DNA from: the human T2T-CHM13v2.0 reference genome, Homo sapiens
DNA: 64,000 nucleotides
Direction: 5' to 3' (one strand)
NCBI RefSeq assembly: GCF_009914755.1
Contig: NC_060947.1
The position numbers and the translations under genes were made by a program. Shown one piece after another: positions 25,159-37,546 of this stretch (within the stretch, counting starts at the first letter, position 1; every line of letters begins with the position of its first letter). The notes below the pieces were generated by a model. That model made no database searches, was not told the DNA's origin, and saw only the letters and a program-made list of their open reading frames with translations.

Positions 25159-27513
25159 TAATCTTTTTGTTTTATTTATCTTTGGTATGTTTCTAAAATT
25201 TCAATTTCTTTTGTTTCTGCTCTCACCTTTCTCATTGCTTTTTCTTCTACTAATTTTGGGTTTGACTTGCTCTTGCTTTTCTAGTTCTTTAGCTTGGATC
25301 ATTGTATATTTGAAGTTTTTCCTCTTTTTTGGTGTTGGCATTTATAGCTATAAAATTTCCTCTTAGTACTGCTTCTCTTTTATCACATAGGTTTTGTTAT
25401 ATTTTGTTTTTATTATCATTTGTTTCCAGAAATTTTTTAATTTCCTTCTTAATTTTTTGTGGAGCCAATGGTCATTCAGTGGCATATTGTTTATTTTACA
25501 TGTATTTGTATCACTTACAAAATTTCTTGTTATTAATTTCCATTGGTTTTATTCCATTGTGGTTAGAGTATATGCTTAATATTATTTATATTTTTGAATG
25601 ATTTAAGACTTGTGACCTAATATATGGTTTAACATTGAGAATAATCCATGTTTTGAGGAAAGAATGTGTATTCCACAGTTGTTGAATGAAATGTTCTGTA
25701 ACTATCTTTTAGAACCATGTGATCTACAGTGCATATTGTTTTATGTTTCTTTGTTGATTTTATGTTTGGAAAATGTGTTCAATGCTGAAGGTGAGCTGTT
25801 GAAGTCTTCAGCTATTATTGCATTGGGGTATATCACTGTCTTGTGTTTTAACATTATTTGCTTTATATATCTGGGTGCTCTAGTGTTGGATGCATATATA
25901 CTTAAAATTGTTATATCCCCTTGCTGAATTGACCTCTTTGCCATTATATAGTGACCTTCTTTGTCTCTTCTTGTAGTTTTTGTCTTGAAATCTGTTTTGT
26001 CTGATATAAGTATAGCTAATTATGCTCGTATTTGGGTTTCATGGCATGGAATAGCTCCTTTTATCCCTTTATTTTCAGTCTGTGTGTCTTTAGAGGTAAA
26101 GCATGTTTCTTGTGGGCATCAGTTAATGGATTTTATTTTTTCATCGATTAAGCTAGTGTATGTCTTTTGATTGGAGAGTTTAGCCCATTTACATACAATG
26201 TTATTATTGATAAGTAAGGACTTAATCCTGCCATTTTCTTATTATTTTTCTAGTTGTTTTATATGCTCTTCTCTTTCTTCTCTTTCCTTCCTCTATTCCT
26301 CTAGTGAAGGTGATTTTTCTCTGGTGATATGATTTAGTTTCTTGCTTTTTCTGTGTTTCATAATCAATTGTATATTTTTATTTGAGGTTACCATGAGGCT
26401 TGCAAATACTATCTTATAACCCATTATTTTAACCTGATAACAACTTAACACTGTTTGTATAATGAAACAATAAGAAAAAAAGAAACTTAAGAAAAACTCT
26501 ACACTTTAACTTTGTCCACCCACTTTTTAGTTTTTTTGTTGTTGTTTCTGTTTACATGTTATTATACTATGTCTTGAAAAGTTCTTGTAGTTATTATTTT
26601 GGATCACTTCATCATTTAGTCTTTCTACTTAGGATAAGGGTATTTTACACACCACAGTTACAGTGTTAATGATAGTCTGTATTTTTCTGTATACTTATTA
26701 CTATCAGTGAGTATTGCACCGTCAGATAATTAGTTATTGTTCTTTAATATTCTTTTTTTTCTGATTGAAGTACTCCTTTCTGCATTTCTTGTATGAAAAG
26801 TCTGGGGTTGATGACATTAGCAGCTTTTGATTTTCTGGAAAAGTTGCTATTCCTCTTTTGGTTTTGAAGGATATTTTCCCTGGACATACTCTTCTAGGGT
26901 AAAAGTTGTTTTGTTTTGTTTTGTTTTGTTTTTCTCTTCAGCCCTTTAAATATGTCAAACCAGTCTCTCTTGGCCTCTAAGGTTTCCACTGAAAAGTCTC
27001 CTGCCAGCCAGACATATTGGAGCTCCATTGCATGTTGTTTCTTTTATCTTGTTGCTTTTAGGATCATTTCTTTATCCTTTGTCTTTGGGAGTTTGATTAT
27101 TAAATGCCTTGAGGTAGTCTTCTTGGGTTAAATCTGCTTGACGTTCTATAACCTTCTTGTGTTCAGATATTGATACTTTACATTTACAAAATTGTCTGTT
27201 CTTATTCCTTTGAATAAACTTTCTACCCCTATCTCTTTCTTTTCCCCTGTCTTTAAGGAAATAACTCTTAAGTTTGCCCTTTTGAGGTTGTTTTCTAGAT
27301 CCTATAAGCATGTTTCATTGTTGTTTTATTACTTTTACTTTCATCTCGTGTGACCATGTATTTTCAAATAGTCTGTATTCAAGCTCATTTATTTTTTCTT
27401 CTATTAGCTCAGTTCTGTTATTAAAAGTCACCAAAGCAGCTACAGCTAAAATCATTTTCTGATTTTCTGATTTCATCTCTGATCATTTTCCAGTAGCTAA
27501 TTGCCTTTTTAAC

Positions 27514-28140
27514 AGAGGTATTGCTCCTCACAAGAAGGCATTAGCTGCGGGCATCTGCCCACAGACCCTGACCCAAATGACAGATGAATAAAACATACAC
27601 TGACACACAGATACTCTGTTTTGCCAGTCCTGCTGCGTGTCCGACCACCTGCGCACCAAGAAAGGATTGTCAATGTGGCTGGCCCTGAGCAGCTCGCACT
27701 CAGGGCATTTATTTAGTATACAATTAACAACAGACGCTCTGAGTCAACACACTTGTGGAGAATTAACATGGTTAAGAGAGTAGTTCTAGGAATGATTAAA
27801 GCTCTGGTACCTCTGTTGAAGGTAAATACCATTAGGGGGCAATATCCCTAGTCGACCTCCCCCGCCCCAGGGCCATTTGGCTCAAAGGTTAGTTAATGCA
27901 GGTAGGATAAATAGACTTAACTGGGGAAGCCTCTATCGTCCCTAGTATTTACCCTATGACCTAATGCTCTAAGGTAAGAACCAGCTGCCTTCAGCCTATT
28001 CAATTATTACAAGATAGGTAACCTTTCAGCCTTTCCAAACATAAAATCAACAAAGAAACAAAAGGTTTGTGACTATTCCTACAACTTTCCTTAATATTTC
28101 CCTTTAATATTTCTGCCACCATCCTGAGTGAATCCCAACA
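27514..28140 (-). mobile_element. Solo LTR22-family LTR (HERV-K HML-5)
   Basis: The minus strand begins TGTTGGGATTCACTCAGGATGGTGGCAGAAATATTAAAGGG, the recalled LTR22 start. Near-perfect 6-bp TSD tttaac (27508-27513) / tttcac (28141-28146). The host L1 sequence resumes across it. Confidence 0.8.
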
Positions 28141-28384
28141 TTTCACTGCAGAACCTCTGCTTGATTTTTTTAATTATTTCAATCTTTTTGTTAAATTTAT
28201 CTTATAGAATTTTAAATTCCTTCTGTGTGTTATATTGAGTATTTTTGAGTTTTCTCAACATAGATAGTTTGAATTCTCTGTCTGAAAGCTCACGTATTTG
28301 TGCTTTTTTCAGGATTTGTGTTTTTGCTGGTGTTTTATTTATTTGGTGAAATCGTGTTTTTCTGGATAGTGTTGATGCTAGTAG

Positions 28385-28822
<438 letters not shown>

Positions 28823-31800
28823 TGCATGTTGTGATTTTAGCTGTAGCTGCTTTGGTGAGCATTTCAAGTTCAGTAACACTGTGGTTCTTTCACATCCATA
28901 GAGGCACTATTTTAATGGTGTTTGACAAGATCCGGAAGAATTTTCTGGATTACTAGGCAGAGATCTGATTCTCTTACCTTGCTTTCTCCCAAATAAATGG
29001 AGTCTCTCTGTCTGTTCTGAAACACCTATTGCTGGGGTTGGAGAGACACAAGCATTGCTGTGGCCACCATCACTATGACTATGCTGGATCAGACCTGAAG
29101 TCAGCACAGCACTGGATCTTGCCCTAGTTCTGCTGTAACCACGACCTGGCTATGGCCTATGTTCGCTCAAGGCCCTGGTGCTCTACAATCACCAGGTGGC
29201 AAAGCCAGCCAGGCCATTCTCCTTCCCTTCATGGTGGCAAGTTCATTCATTCAGGCTCCAGGTGAATCCAGATGTGCTGCCTGGGAGTGAGGCACTAGAG
29301 TAAAAGACCTTAGAAGTCTTCCTGGTTTTCTATTTTACTGTGGCTGAGCTGGCACCCAAGCCACAAGATGCAGTCCTTCGCAATCTTCCCTCCACTTTAT
29401 AAAGGCAGAGGAGCCTCACTCTGTAGCCACTGCCATCTCAGGCCACGGGGAGTTCTGCGAGATGCCACCAATATTCCCTTAAGGCCCAAAGGCCCTTCAG
29501 TCAGCTTTTGGTAAGTGCTGTCTGGCCTGGAACTCACCCTTTAGGGCAGTGGGCCTCTGTCTCAGGGCAGGTCCAGAGTTGCTGTCCAAGAGTCAAGTCC
29601 TGAAATTGTGGACCCCCCAATAGCCCACTTGATGCTCTGGCACCCTGTGTCCATGCTGGTACCTAAGATGCAAGACAAAGTCCCCTCTACTTTTCCCTCT
29701 TCTTTTCTCAAGCAAAAGAAGTTTTGCCACCAGAGCTGGTAATGTGTTGAGTCTCAACTGAAGCCAGCAAGTCTCAGGGGCTCACCAAGGCCCTAGCTAT
29801 AGTACCTGGGTATCATTGTTGGTTATTCAGGGCCTAGGGGCTCTTCAGTTAGTAGGTTATAAATGCTGGCAGGACTGGATCCTTTTCTTCTGGGACAGAA
29901 GTAGCTTCCCTTCTCTCCCAGAGTGTGTCTATAAGTGTCCTCTGGCCGCTAGGTCCTGGAATAGAGGCCTCATTACTCTGACTGGTGCCCTATCTTACTG
30001 TGCCTGAGCTGGGTAGCCAAGATGCAAGACAACATCCTCCCCATTCTTTCTTCTCCTCTCTTCAAGTGGAAAAAGAAATCTCTTTTGGAGCCCTGAACTA
30101 TTCTGCCTGGGGTCAGTGGAGGGGTGATGCCAGCACTCCCTTACCTTCCCCAAGCAGTGTCTTAGTAGGTCTCATGCCCTCTTCAGTCCACTCTCTCTGG
30201 GCCCAGTTTAGCCCTAGGTCTCATCTAACAGTTGCAGTCCCTACGGCCTAGATTCCCTTTTAAGTTGACTTAGAGACCAAGAGCACTTTGGACCACAGTG
30301 GAGAGACTTGTGGGAACTCAAGTTCCAACTGCTGGAATTGGTGATTCCCCTCTGGCTAGGGCTGCTTTAAATGCTCCCTACTTGGGCAGGCATTAGCTGA
30401 GTTTGGTCCAGTTTTCCTTTCTGCTCTAACAGGGCAGCACCAAGTTCAGTGATTCACAATTTCTGTGTTCTCCCTCTTCCAGCACCCAGAGAGACTCTGC
30501 ATCAAGCTGCCACTGCTAGGTGGTGGGGTGAGGGTGACGTCAATAATTCAAGAGACTGTTTTTTCTATTTCTTCAGTGTCCCCTTCAGCAATACAGAGTT
30601 AAATCTCAGTATTATGAGGCCTCACCTGATTTTTGGTTCTTATGAATGTGTTTTTTATTTTCTGTGTAAACAATTTTTAAACCGATGTCCTTGTACAAGG
30701 GATGGTCTGTGGAGTCTTTTATTCTGCCATCTTGCTCCTAAGACTAAAATTCAGAATCCATACAATTAGTATATTTCTTTCTTTTCAGAAAGTACATACA
30801 CTTCTGTTGTTTGTTTCTCCTGAAATTAGTTTTGACATCATTCTTTTTAAGTTGTTTTTATTTTTAATTTTTGTAGGTATGTATCAGGTGTATATATTTA
30901 TATTTATGAGACATGTGAGATATTTTGGTACAGGCATGCAATGCATAATAGTTACACCATGGAGAATGGGGTATCCATCACGTGAAGCGTTTATTTTTTG
31001 TGTTACAAACAATCCAATCAAAGTCTTTTAGTTGTTTTTAAATTTACAGTGAAAGTATTACTGACTACAATCATCCTGTTGTGTTATCAAATATGAGGTC
31101 TTATTCATTCTTTCTAATTATTGTTTTCTACACACTAACCATCTCCAAATTCTCCCTACCCCTCCACTACCCTTCCCAGCTTACTCTTCTGGTAAGCATC
31201 CTTCTAGTCTCTATTTCCATTAGTTCAATTGTTTAGATTTTTAGATCCCACAAACGAGAACATGCAGTGTTTGTATTTCTGTGCCTGGCATATTTCACTT
31301 AAGATAATGATCTTCAGTTCTATTCATGTTGTTGCAATGACAATATCTCATTCTTTTTTATGGTTGAATAGTACTCCATTGTATGTAGGTACCACATTTT
31401 CCTTATCCATTCATCTGCTGGTGGACACTTAGGTTGCTTTCATATCTTGGCTATTGTGAGCAGAGCTGCAAAAAACATGGAATTGCAGATATGTTTTCAA
31501 TATACTGATTTCCTTTTTTTTTTTGGGAGAAGGGGGTATATACCCAGCCGTAGGATTGCTGGATAATATGGTAGCTCTATTTTTAGTTTTTCGAGAAACC
31601 TTAAAATTGTTTCTTATAGTGGTTATACTAATTAACATTCGCGCCAACAGTGTACAAGTGTTTCCTTGTTTCCACATTCTTGCCAGCATTTATTATCGGT
31701 TGACTTATAGATAAAAGCCATTTTAACAGGGGTGAGATACTGTCTCTTTGTAATATTGATTTGCATTTCTGTGATGATAAATGATGGTAAGCACCTTTTT

Positions 31801-32389
31801 CATACGCCTGTTTGCCATTTTGATGTCTTCTTTTGAGAAATGTATATCCAAATATTTTGCCCATTTTTATATTGGATTGTTAGATCTCTTCCTATGTAAT
31901 TTTTTGACCTCCTTAAATATTCTTGTTATTAATCCTGTCAGAAGTGTAGTTTGCAGATGTTTTCTCTCATTCTGTGGGTTTTTTCATCACTCTGTTAATG
32001 GTTTCCTTTGCCCTGCAGAAGCATTTTAACTTGATGTGATCTCATTTAACCATATTTGTTTTGTTCGCCTGTGCTTGTGGGGTATTGCTCAAGACATTTT
32101 TGCCCAAATCAATGTTTTGGAGAGTTTTCCCAATGTGTATAATTTTAGTAGTTTCATAATTTGGGGTCTTAGATTTATGTCTTTAATACATTTTCCTTTG
32201 ATTTTTTAAGGTGAGAGATGGGGGTCAAGTTTTATTTTTCTGCATATGGATACCCAGTTTTCTCAGCAACATGTATTGAAAATATTGTCTTCTCCCCAAT
32301 GAATATTCTTAGTGCCTTTGTCAAAAATTAGTTCACTGTAGGTCTGTGGATTTGTTTATGGGTTCTCTATTCTTTTCTACAGATCTATG

Positions 32390-33420
32390 TGTAGGGAAAA
32401 GAAAGAGAGATCAGACTGTTACTGTGTCTATGTAGAAAGCGAAGACATAAGAGACTCCATTTTGAAAAATACCTGTACTTTAAATAATTGCTTTGCTGAG
32501 ATGTTGTTAATTTGTAGCTTTGCCCCAGCCACTTTGACCCAACCACTTTGACCCAACCTGGAGCTCACAAAAACATGTGTTGTTTGAAATCAAGATTTAA
32601 GAGATCTAGGGCTGTGCAGGACATGCCTTGTTAACAAAATGTTTACAAGCAGTATACCTGGTAAAAGTCATCGCCATTCTCTAGTCTTAATAAACCAGGG
32701 GCACAGTGCACTGCGGAAAGCCGCAGGGACCTCTGCCCTTGAAAGCTGGGTATTGTCCAAGGTTTCTCCCCATGTGATAGTCTGAAATATGGCCTCGTGG
32801 GATGAGAAAGACCTGACAGTCCCCCAGCCCGACACCCGTAAAGGGTCTGTGCTGAAGTGGATTAGTAAAAGAGGAAAGCCTCTTGTAGTTGAGATAGAGG
32901 AAAGCCACTGTCTCCTGCCTGACCCTGGGAACTGAATGTCTCGGTATAAAACCTGATTGTACATTTGTTCAGTTCTGAGATAAGAGAAAAACCACCCTAT
33001 GGTGGGAGGTGAGACATGTTTGCGGCAATGCTGCCTTGTTATTCTTTATTCCACTGAGATGTTTGGGTGGAGAGAAACATAAATCTGGCTTACGTACACG
33101 TCCAGTCATAGTACCTTCCCTTGAACTTAATGATGACATAGATTCTATTGCTCACATGTTTGTTGCTGACCTTCTCCTTATTATCACCCTGCCCTCCTAC
33201 TACATTCCTTTTTACTGAAATAATGAAGATAATAATCAATAAAAACTGAGGGAACTCAGAGACCAGTGCTGGTGCAGGTCCTTGACATGCTGAGCGCAGG
33301 TCCCCTGGGCCCACTGTTGTTTCCCTATACTTTGTCTCTGTGTCTTATTTCTCTTTCTCAGTCTCTCGTCCCACCTGACTAGAAATACCCACAGGTGTGG
33401 AGGGGCAGGCCATCCCTTCA
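32390..33420 (+). mobile_element. Solo LTR5A (HERV-K HML-2 LTR), 1031 bp
   Basis: Runs TGTAGGGAAAAGAAAGAGAGATCAGACTGTTACTGTGTCTATGTAGAAAG to GGGGCAGGCCATCCCTTCA, with a perfect 6-bp TSD tctatg (32384-32389 / 33421-33426). Confidence 0.95.
32945..33243 (+). promoter_or_regulatory. LTR5A TATA-like box (32945-32951) and AATAAA poly(A) signal (33238-33243)
   Basis: ggTATAAAAcc and tcAATAAAaac lie at the expected HML-2 LTR positions. Activity cannot be shown from sequence. Confidence 0.6.
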
Positions 33421-33644
33421 TCTATGTGTGTATTTTTTATTCCAGTCCCATGCCATTTGTTTACTACACCCCGTAGTATAATTTGAAGTTCAGTTACGTG
33501 ATTCCTCTGTTTGTTTTTTATTTGTTTGTTTGTTTGTTTTGTTTTTTTCCTTTTTGCTCAGGATACCTTTGGCTCTTCTGGGTCTTTTTTCATTGTTTGT
33601 GAATTTTAGGATATTTTTCCCTGTTTCTGTGAAAAATGTCATTG

Positions 33645-33649
<5 letters not shown>

Positions 33650-33678
<29 letters not shown>

Positions 33679-33980
33679 CATTATTATTTTGAGATGGAGT
33701 CTCTCTCTGTCGCCCAGGCTGGAGTTCAGTGGCGCTATCTTGGCTCAATGCAACCTCCGCCTCCTGGGTTCAAGTGATTCTCTTGCCTCAGCCTCCCCAG
33801 TAGCTGGGAATATAGGTGCATGCCACCATGCCTGGTTAAATTTTTTTTTTTTTTGTATTTTTAGTAGAGACGGGGTTTCACCATGTTAGCCAGGATGGTC
33901 TCCATCTGCTGACCTCATGACTCGCCTGCCTCGGCCTCCCAAAGTGCTGGGATTACAGGTGTGAGCCACCATGCCCAGCC
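33650..33980 (-). mobile_element. AluS (AluSc8-like) with an (ATT)n microsatellite tail at 33647-33688
   Basis: Full dimer; TSD tca(t/c)tggtatt at 33639 / 33982. Confidence 0.93.
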
Positions 33981-36900
33981 ATCACTGGTATTTTAATAGA
34001 GACTGCATTGAATCTGCAGATTGCTTTTGATAGTGTAGGCATTTTAAACATATTGATACTTCCAATCCATGAACATGGAATATCTTTCCATTTTTTTGTG
34101 TGTGCTCATCAATGTCTTTCATCAGCATTTTATTGTTTTTATTGTAGAGATCCTTCACTTCTTTGGTTAATTCTTAGGTATTTAATTTAGTTGTGGTTAT
34201 TGTAAATGTGATTAATTTTTTAATTCTTTTTTAGATTGTTCACTGTTGGGATATAGAATTGCTGCTAATTTTTGTTTGTTGGTTTTATGTCTTTCAAATT
34301 AACTGAATATGTTTATGGGTTCTAATAGTTTTCTTAGTGGAGTTTGCAGGATTTTCCAAGTATAAAATTATATCATCAACCAACAAGGATAATTTGACTT
34401 ATTCCTTTTCAATGTAGATGCTCTTTATTATTTTCTCTTGTCTGATTTCTCTAGTTATAACTTCCAGTACTATGTTGAATTACATTGGTGAAAGTGGGCA
34501 TCCTTGTCATGATCCAGATCTAAGAGGAGGGATTTCAGTTTTTCCACATTCAGAATAATACTACATGTGGGTCTGACATATGTGGCTTGTATTTTGTTCA
34601 GGTATTCTCCTTCTATATCCAGTGTCTTGAGAGTTTTATCATGAAGAAATGTAGAACTTTATCCCATGTGTTTTTAGTATCAATTGAAATGATTATATGG
34701 TTTTTGTTCCTCATTATGTTTTTATGATGTATCATATTGATTGATAACATATGTTGAACCACACTTGCATCACTAGGATAAATCCCACTTGGTCATGATG
34801 AATCATATCTTTAATGTATTGTTGAATTCAGTTTGGTAATGTTTTGTTGGGGATTTTTTTGCATCATTATTCATCAGAGATATTGGCCTGCAGTTTTCTT
34901 TTTTTGATGTGTGTTTGGTTTTGGTATCAGTGTAGTACTGGCCTTGTAGAATAAGTTTGGAAGTATTCCCTCCTCCTCAGTTTTATGGAATTATTTGTGT
35001 AAAATTAATATTAATTCTTCTTCCAATTATTGGTAAAGTCATTAGGCCCTGGGCTTTTATGGACTGGAAGGCTTTTTATTATGGCTTTAATCTCATTACT
35101 TGTTATTGGTCTGCTCAGGTTTTGGATTTCTTCACAGTTCAATCTTGGTAGGCTGTATGTGTCTAGAAGTTGCTTAGAGTAGCCAGAAATGATGTTTTCA
35201 ATTTCTGTGGTATCTGTTATAATGTCTCATTTTTCATCTCTGATTTTTATTTGGGTATTCTCTTTTTGTCTTAGACTGGCTAGAGTTTTGTCAATTTTAT
35301 GATTTTACAAAATCTACTTTTGTTTCATTGATCTTTTGTACTTTTTTCTTTATTTCAGCTCCAACCTTTATTTTTTATTATTTTAATAAAAACTCTACAC
35401 TTTAACTATGCTCCCACTTTATAACATTTTTTGTTTTCCTTTATGTCTTATTGTACTGTGTCATAAAAAGTTGCTGTAGTTATTATTTTTAACTTTTTAA
35501 TCATTTAGTCTTTTTACTTAAGAGAAGTTTACACACCACAATTTCAGCATTATATTATTCTGTTTTTTTCTGTGTACTTACTATTAACAGTCAGCTTTGT
35601 ACCTTCAGATGATTACTTGCTTATTAACATCCATTTCCTCCAGATTTATGAACTCCTTTAGAATTTCTTCTGGGCAGGCCTGTTGTTGATAAAATCCCTC
35701 AGCTTGTGTTTGTCTAGGAAGGTCTTTCTTTCTCCTTCATGCTTAAAGGATTTTTTTTTTTTTGCAAGATATAGTGTTCTAGTGCAATAGTTTTTTATCC
35801 CTCTGTACTTTATGTTATGGTGCTTCCTCCTTGCTTGTATGGTTTCCATTGAAAACTCTGCTGCTTGATTTATCAGAGCTCCATTGTATGTTATTTGTTT
35901 CTTTTCTCTTGTTGCTTTTAGGATCCTTTTTTATCCTTGACTTTTGCAAGTTTCATTATTAAATGTGTGAAGTAGTGTTCTTTGAGTTAAACCTGCTTGG
36001 TATTCCAAAATCTTCTTGTACTTGAATTTCAATATCTTTAGGTATGGGAAGTTATCTGTTATTAAACTTTCTACCTTTATCTCTTTCTGTACCTCTTCTT
36101 TAAGGCAAGTAACTCTCAGATTTGCACTTTCAAGGCTGTTTACTATGTCTTCTAGGCATGCTTCATTGTTTTTTATTCCTGTTTTTGTCTCCTCTGACTG
36201 TGTTTTCAAATACGCTGTCTGCAAGCTCACTAAATTTTCTTCTGCTTGATTAATTCTGCTACTAAGAGACTCTGATGTATTTTCTGCCATGTTATTTGCA
36301 TTTTTCAACTCTCAAATTTCTGTTTGATTGTTTTTAATTATTTCAATCTCTGTTAAATTTACCTGATAAAATTCTGAATTCCTTCATTGTATTATTTTGA
36401 ATTTCTTTGAGTTTTCTCAACATAGGTATGTTGAATTCTATGTCTGAAAAATTATATATTTCTGTTTCTCCTGGATTGGTCCCTGGTGCCTCATTTAGTT
36501 CATTTGGTGAGGTCAAGATTTTCTACTGGGTGTTAATGGTTGTAGATATTCATTGGTTCCTGGGCACTGAAGAGTTGTATGTTTATTGTAGTCTTCACAG
36601 TCTGGGCTTGTTAATACCTGCTCTTCTTGGGAAGGCTTTTATGTATTCAAAGGGACTTGGGCCCCAAGCCCAATAAAACTAGCTATTGCAGAATCATAGA
36701 GGTACCACCTTGGTGGTCTTGAATAATATGTGGAAGAATTCTTTGGATTACCAAGAAAAGACTCTTCTTTGTGCTTATGTTCTCCTAAAGAAATAGAGTC
36801 TCTCTGCACTGAGCCACCTGATACTGGAGATGTGATGATGCAAGCACCCTTGTAGCCACCACAACAGACTGTGCTTGGTCAGATCTGAAGCTAGCACAGC

Positions 36901-37546
36901 ACTGGGCCTTACCCAAGGCCCTTATTGTCAAGGCAGCCTGTTTCCCGAGGCCCTGGGCATGTCCAGATATGCTGTCCGGAAACCAGGGGTTGGACTAAAA
37001 AACCTTAGCAATTTACGTGATATTTTATTTTACTGTGGCTAAACTAGCACTCTAATCACAATATGAAATCCTTCCCATTCTTCCATCCACATTACATAGC
37101 CAGAGGAGCCTCTCTCTGTGGCCACTAATGCCACCTATCCAGGAAGGATTCTGGCAGGCCAGTGGCCTCCTCTGTGGCCCAGGGCAGGTCCAGAAATGCT
37201 GTCCAAGAGCCCAGGCCCAGAGGCATGGACCCCAAGAACCTGCATGTTGCTCTACCCTACTGTGGCTGAGCTGCTACCTAGGGTGCAAGACAAAATCCCC
37301 CTTAATTTTTTCTGTTCATTTTCCCAAACAGAAGGAAGCTTTCATCACAGCAACTACATCTAGGAGTATACTGGGTCACCCATGAAGCCAGCATATCTCA
37401 GAGACCAAGGCCTATGGTGTACTCACTAGGTATTTCTTCTGGTTATTCAGGGCCCAAGGGCTCTTTATTCAGCAAGTGCTGAATCCTATAAGGACTGGAT
37501 CCTTCCCTTCAAAGCAGCAGGTTCCCTTTTGTACCAGTGTGGTCTA

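Noticed and set aside
29335-30040. Three spaced copies of tactgtggctgagctgg...caagatgcaagacaa, superficially array-like
   Set aside because: These are degenerate L1MA 5'UTR subrepeats, also present in copy 2 (~37032, 37258, 39928). Spacing is irregular and they are not CRISPR.
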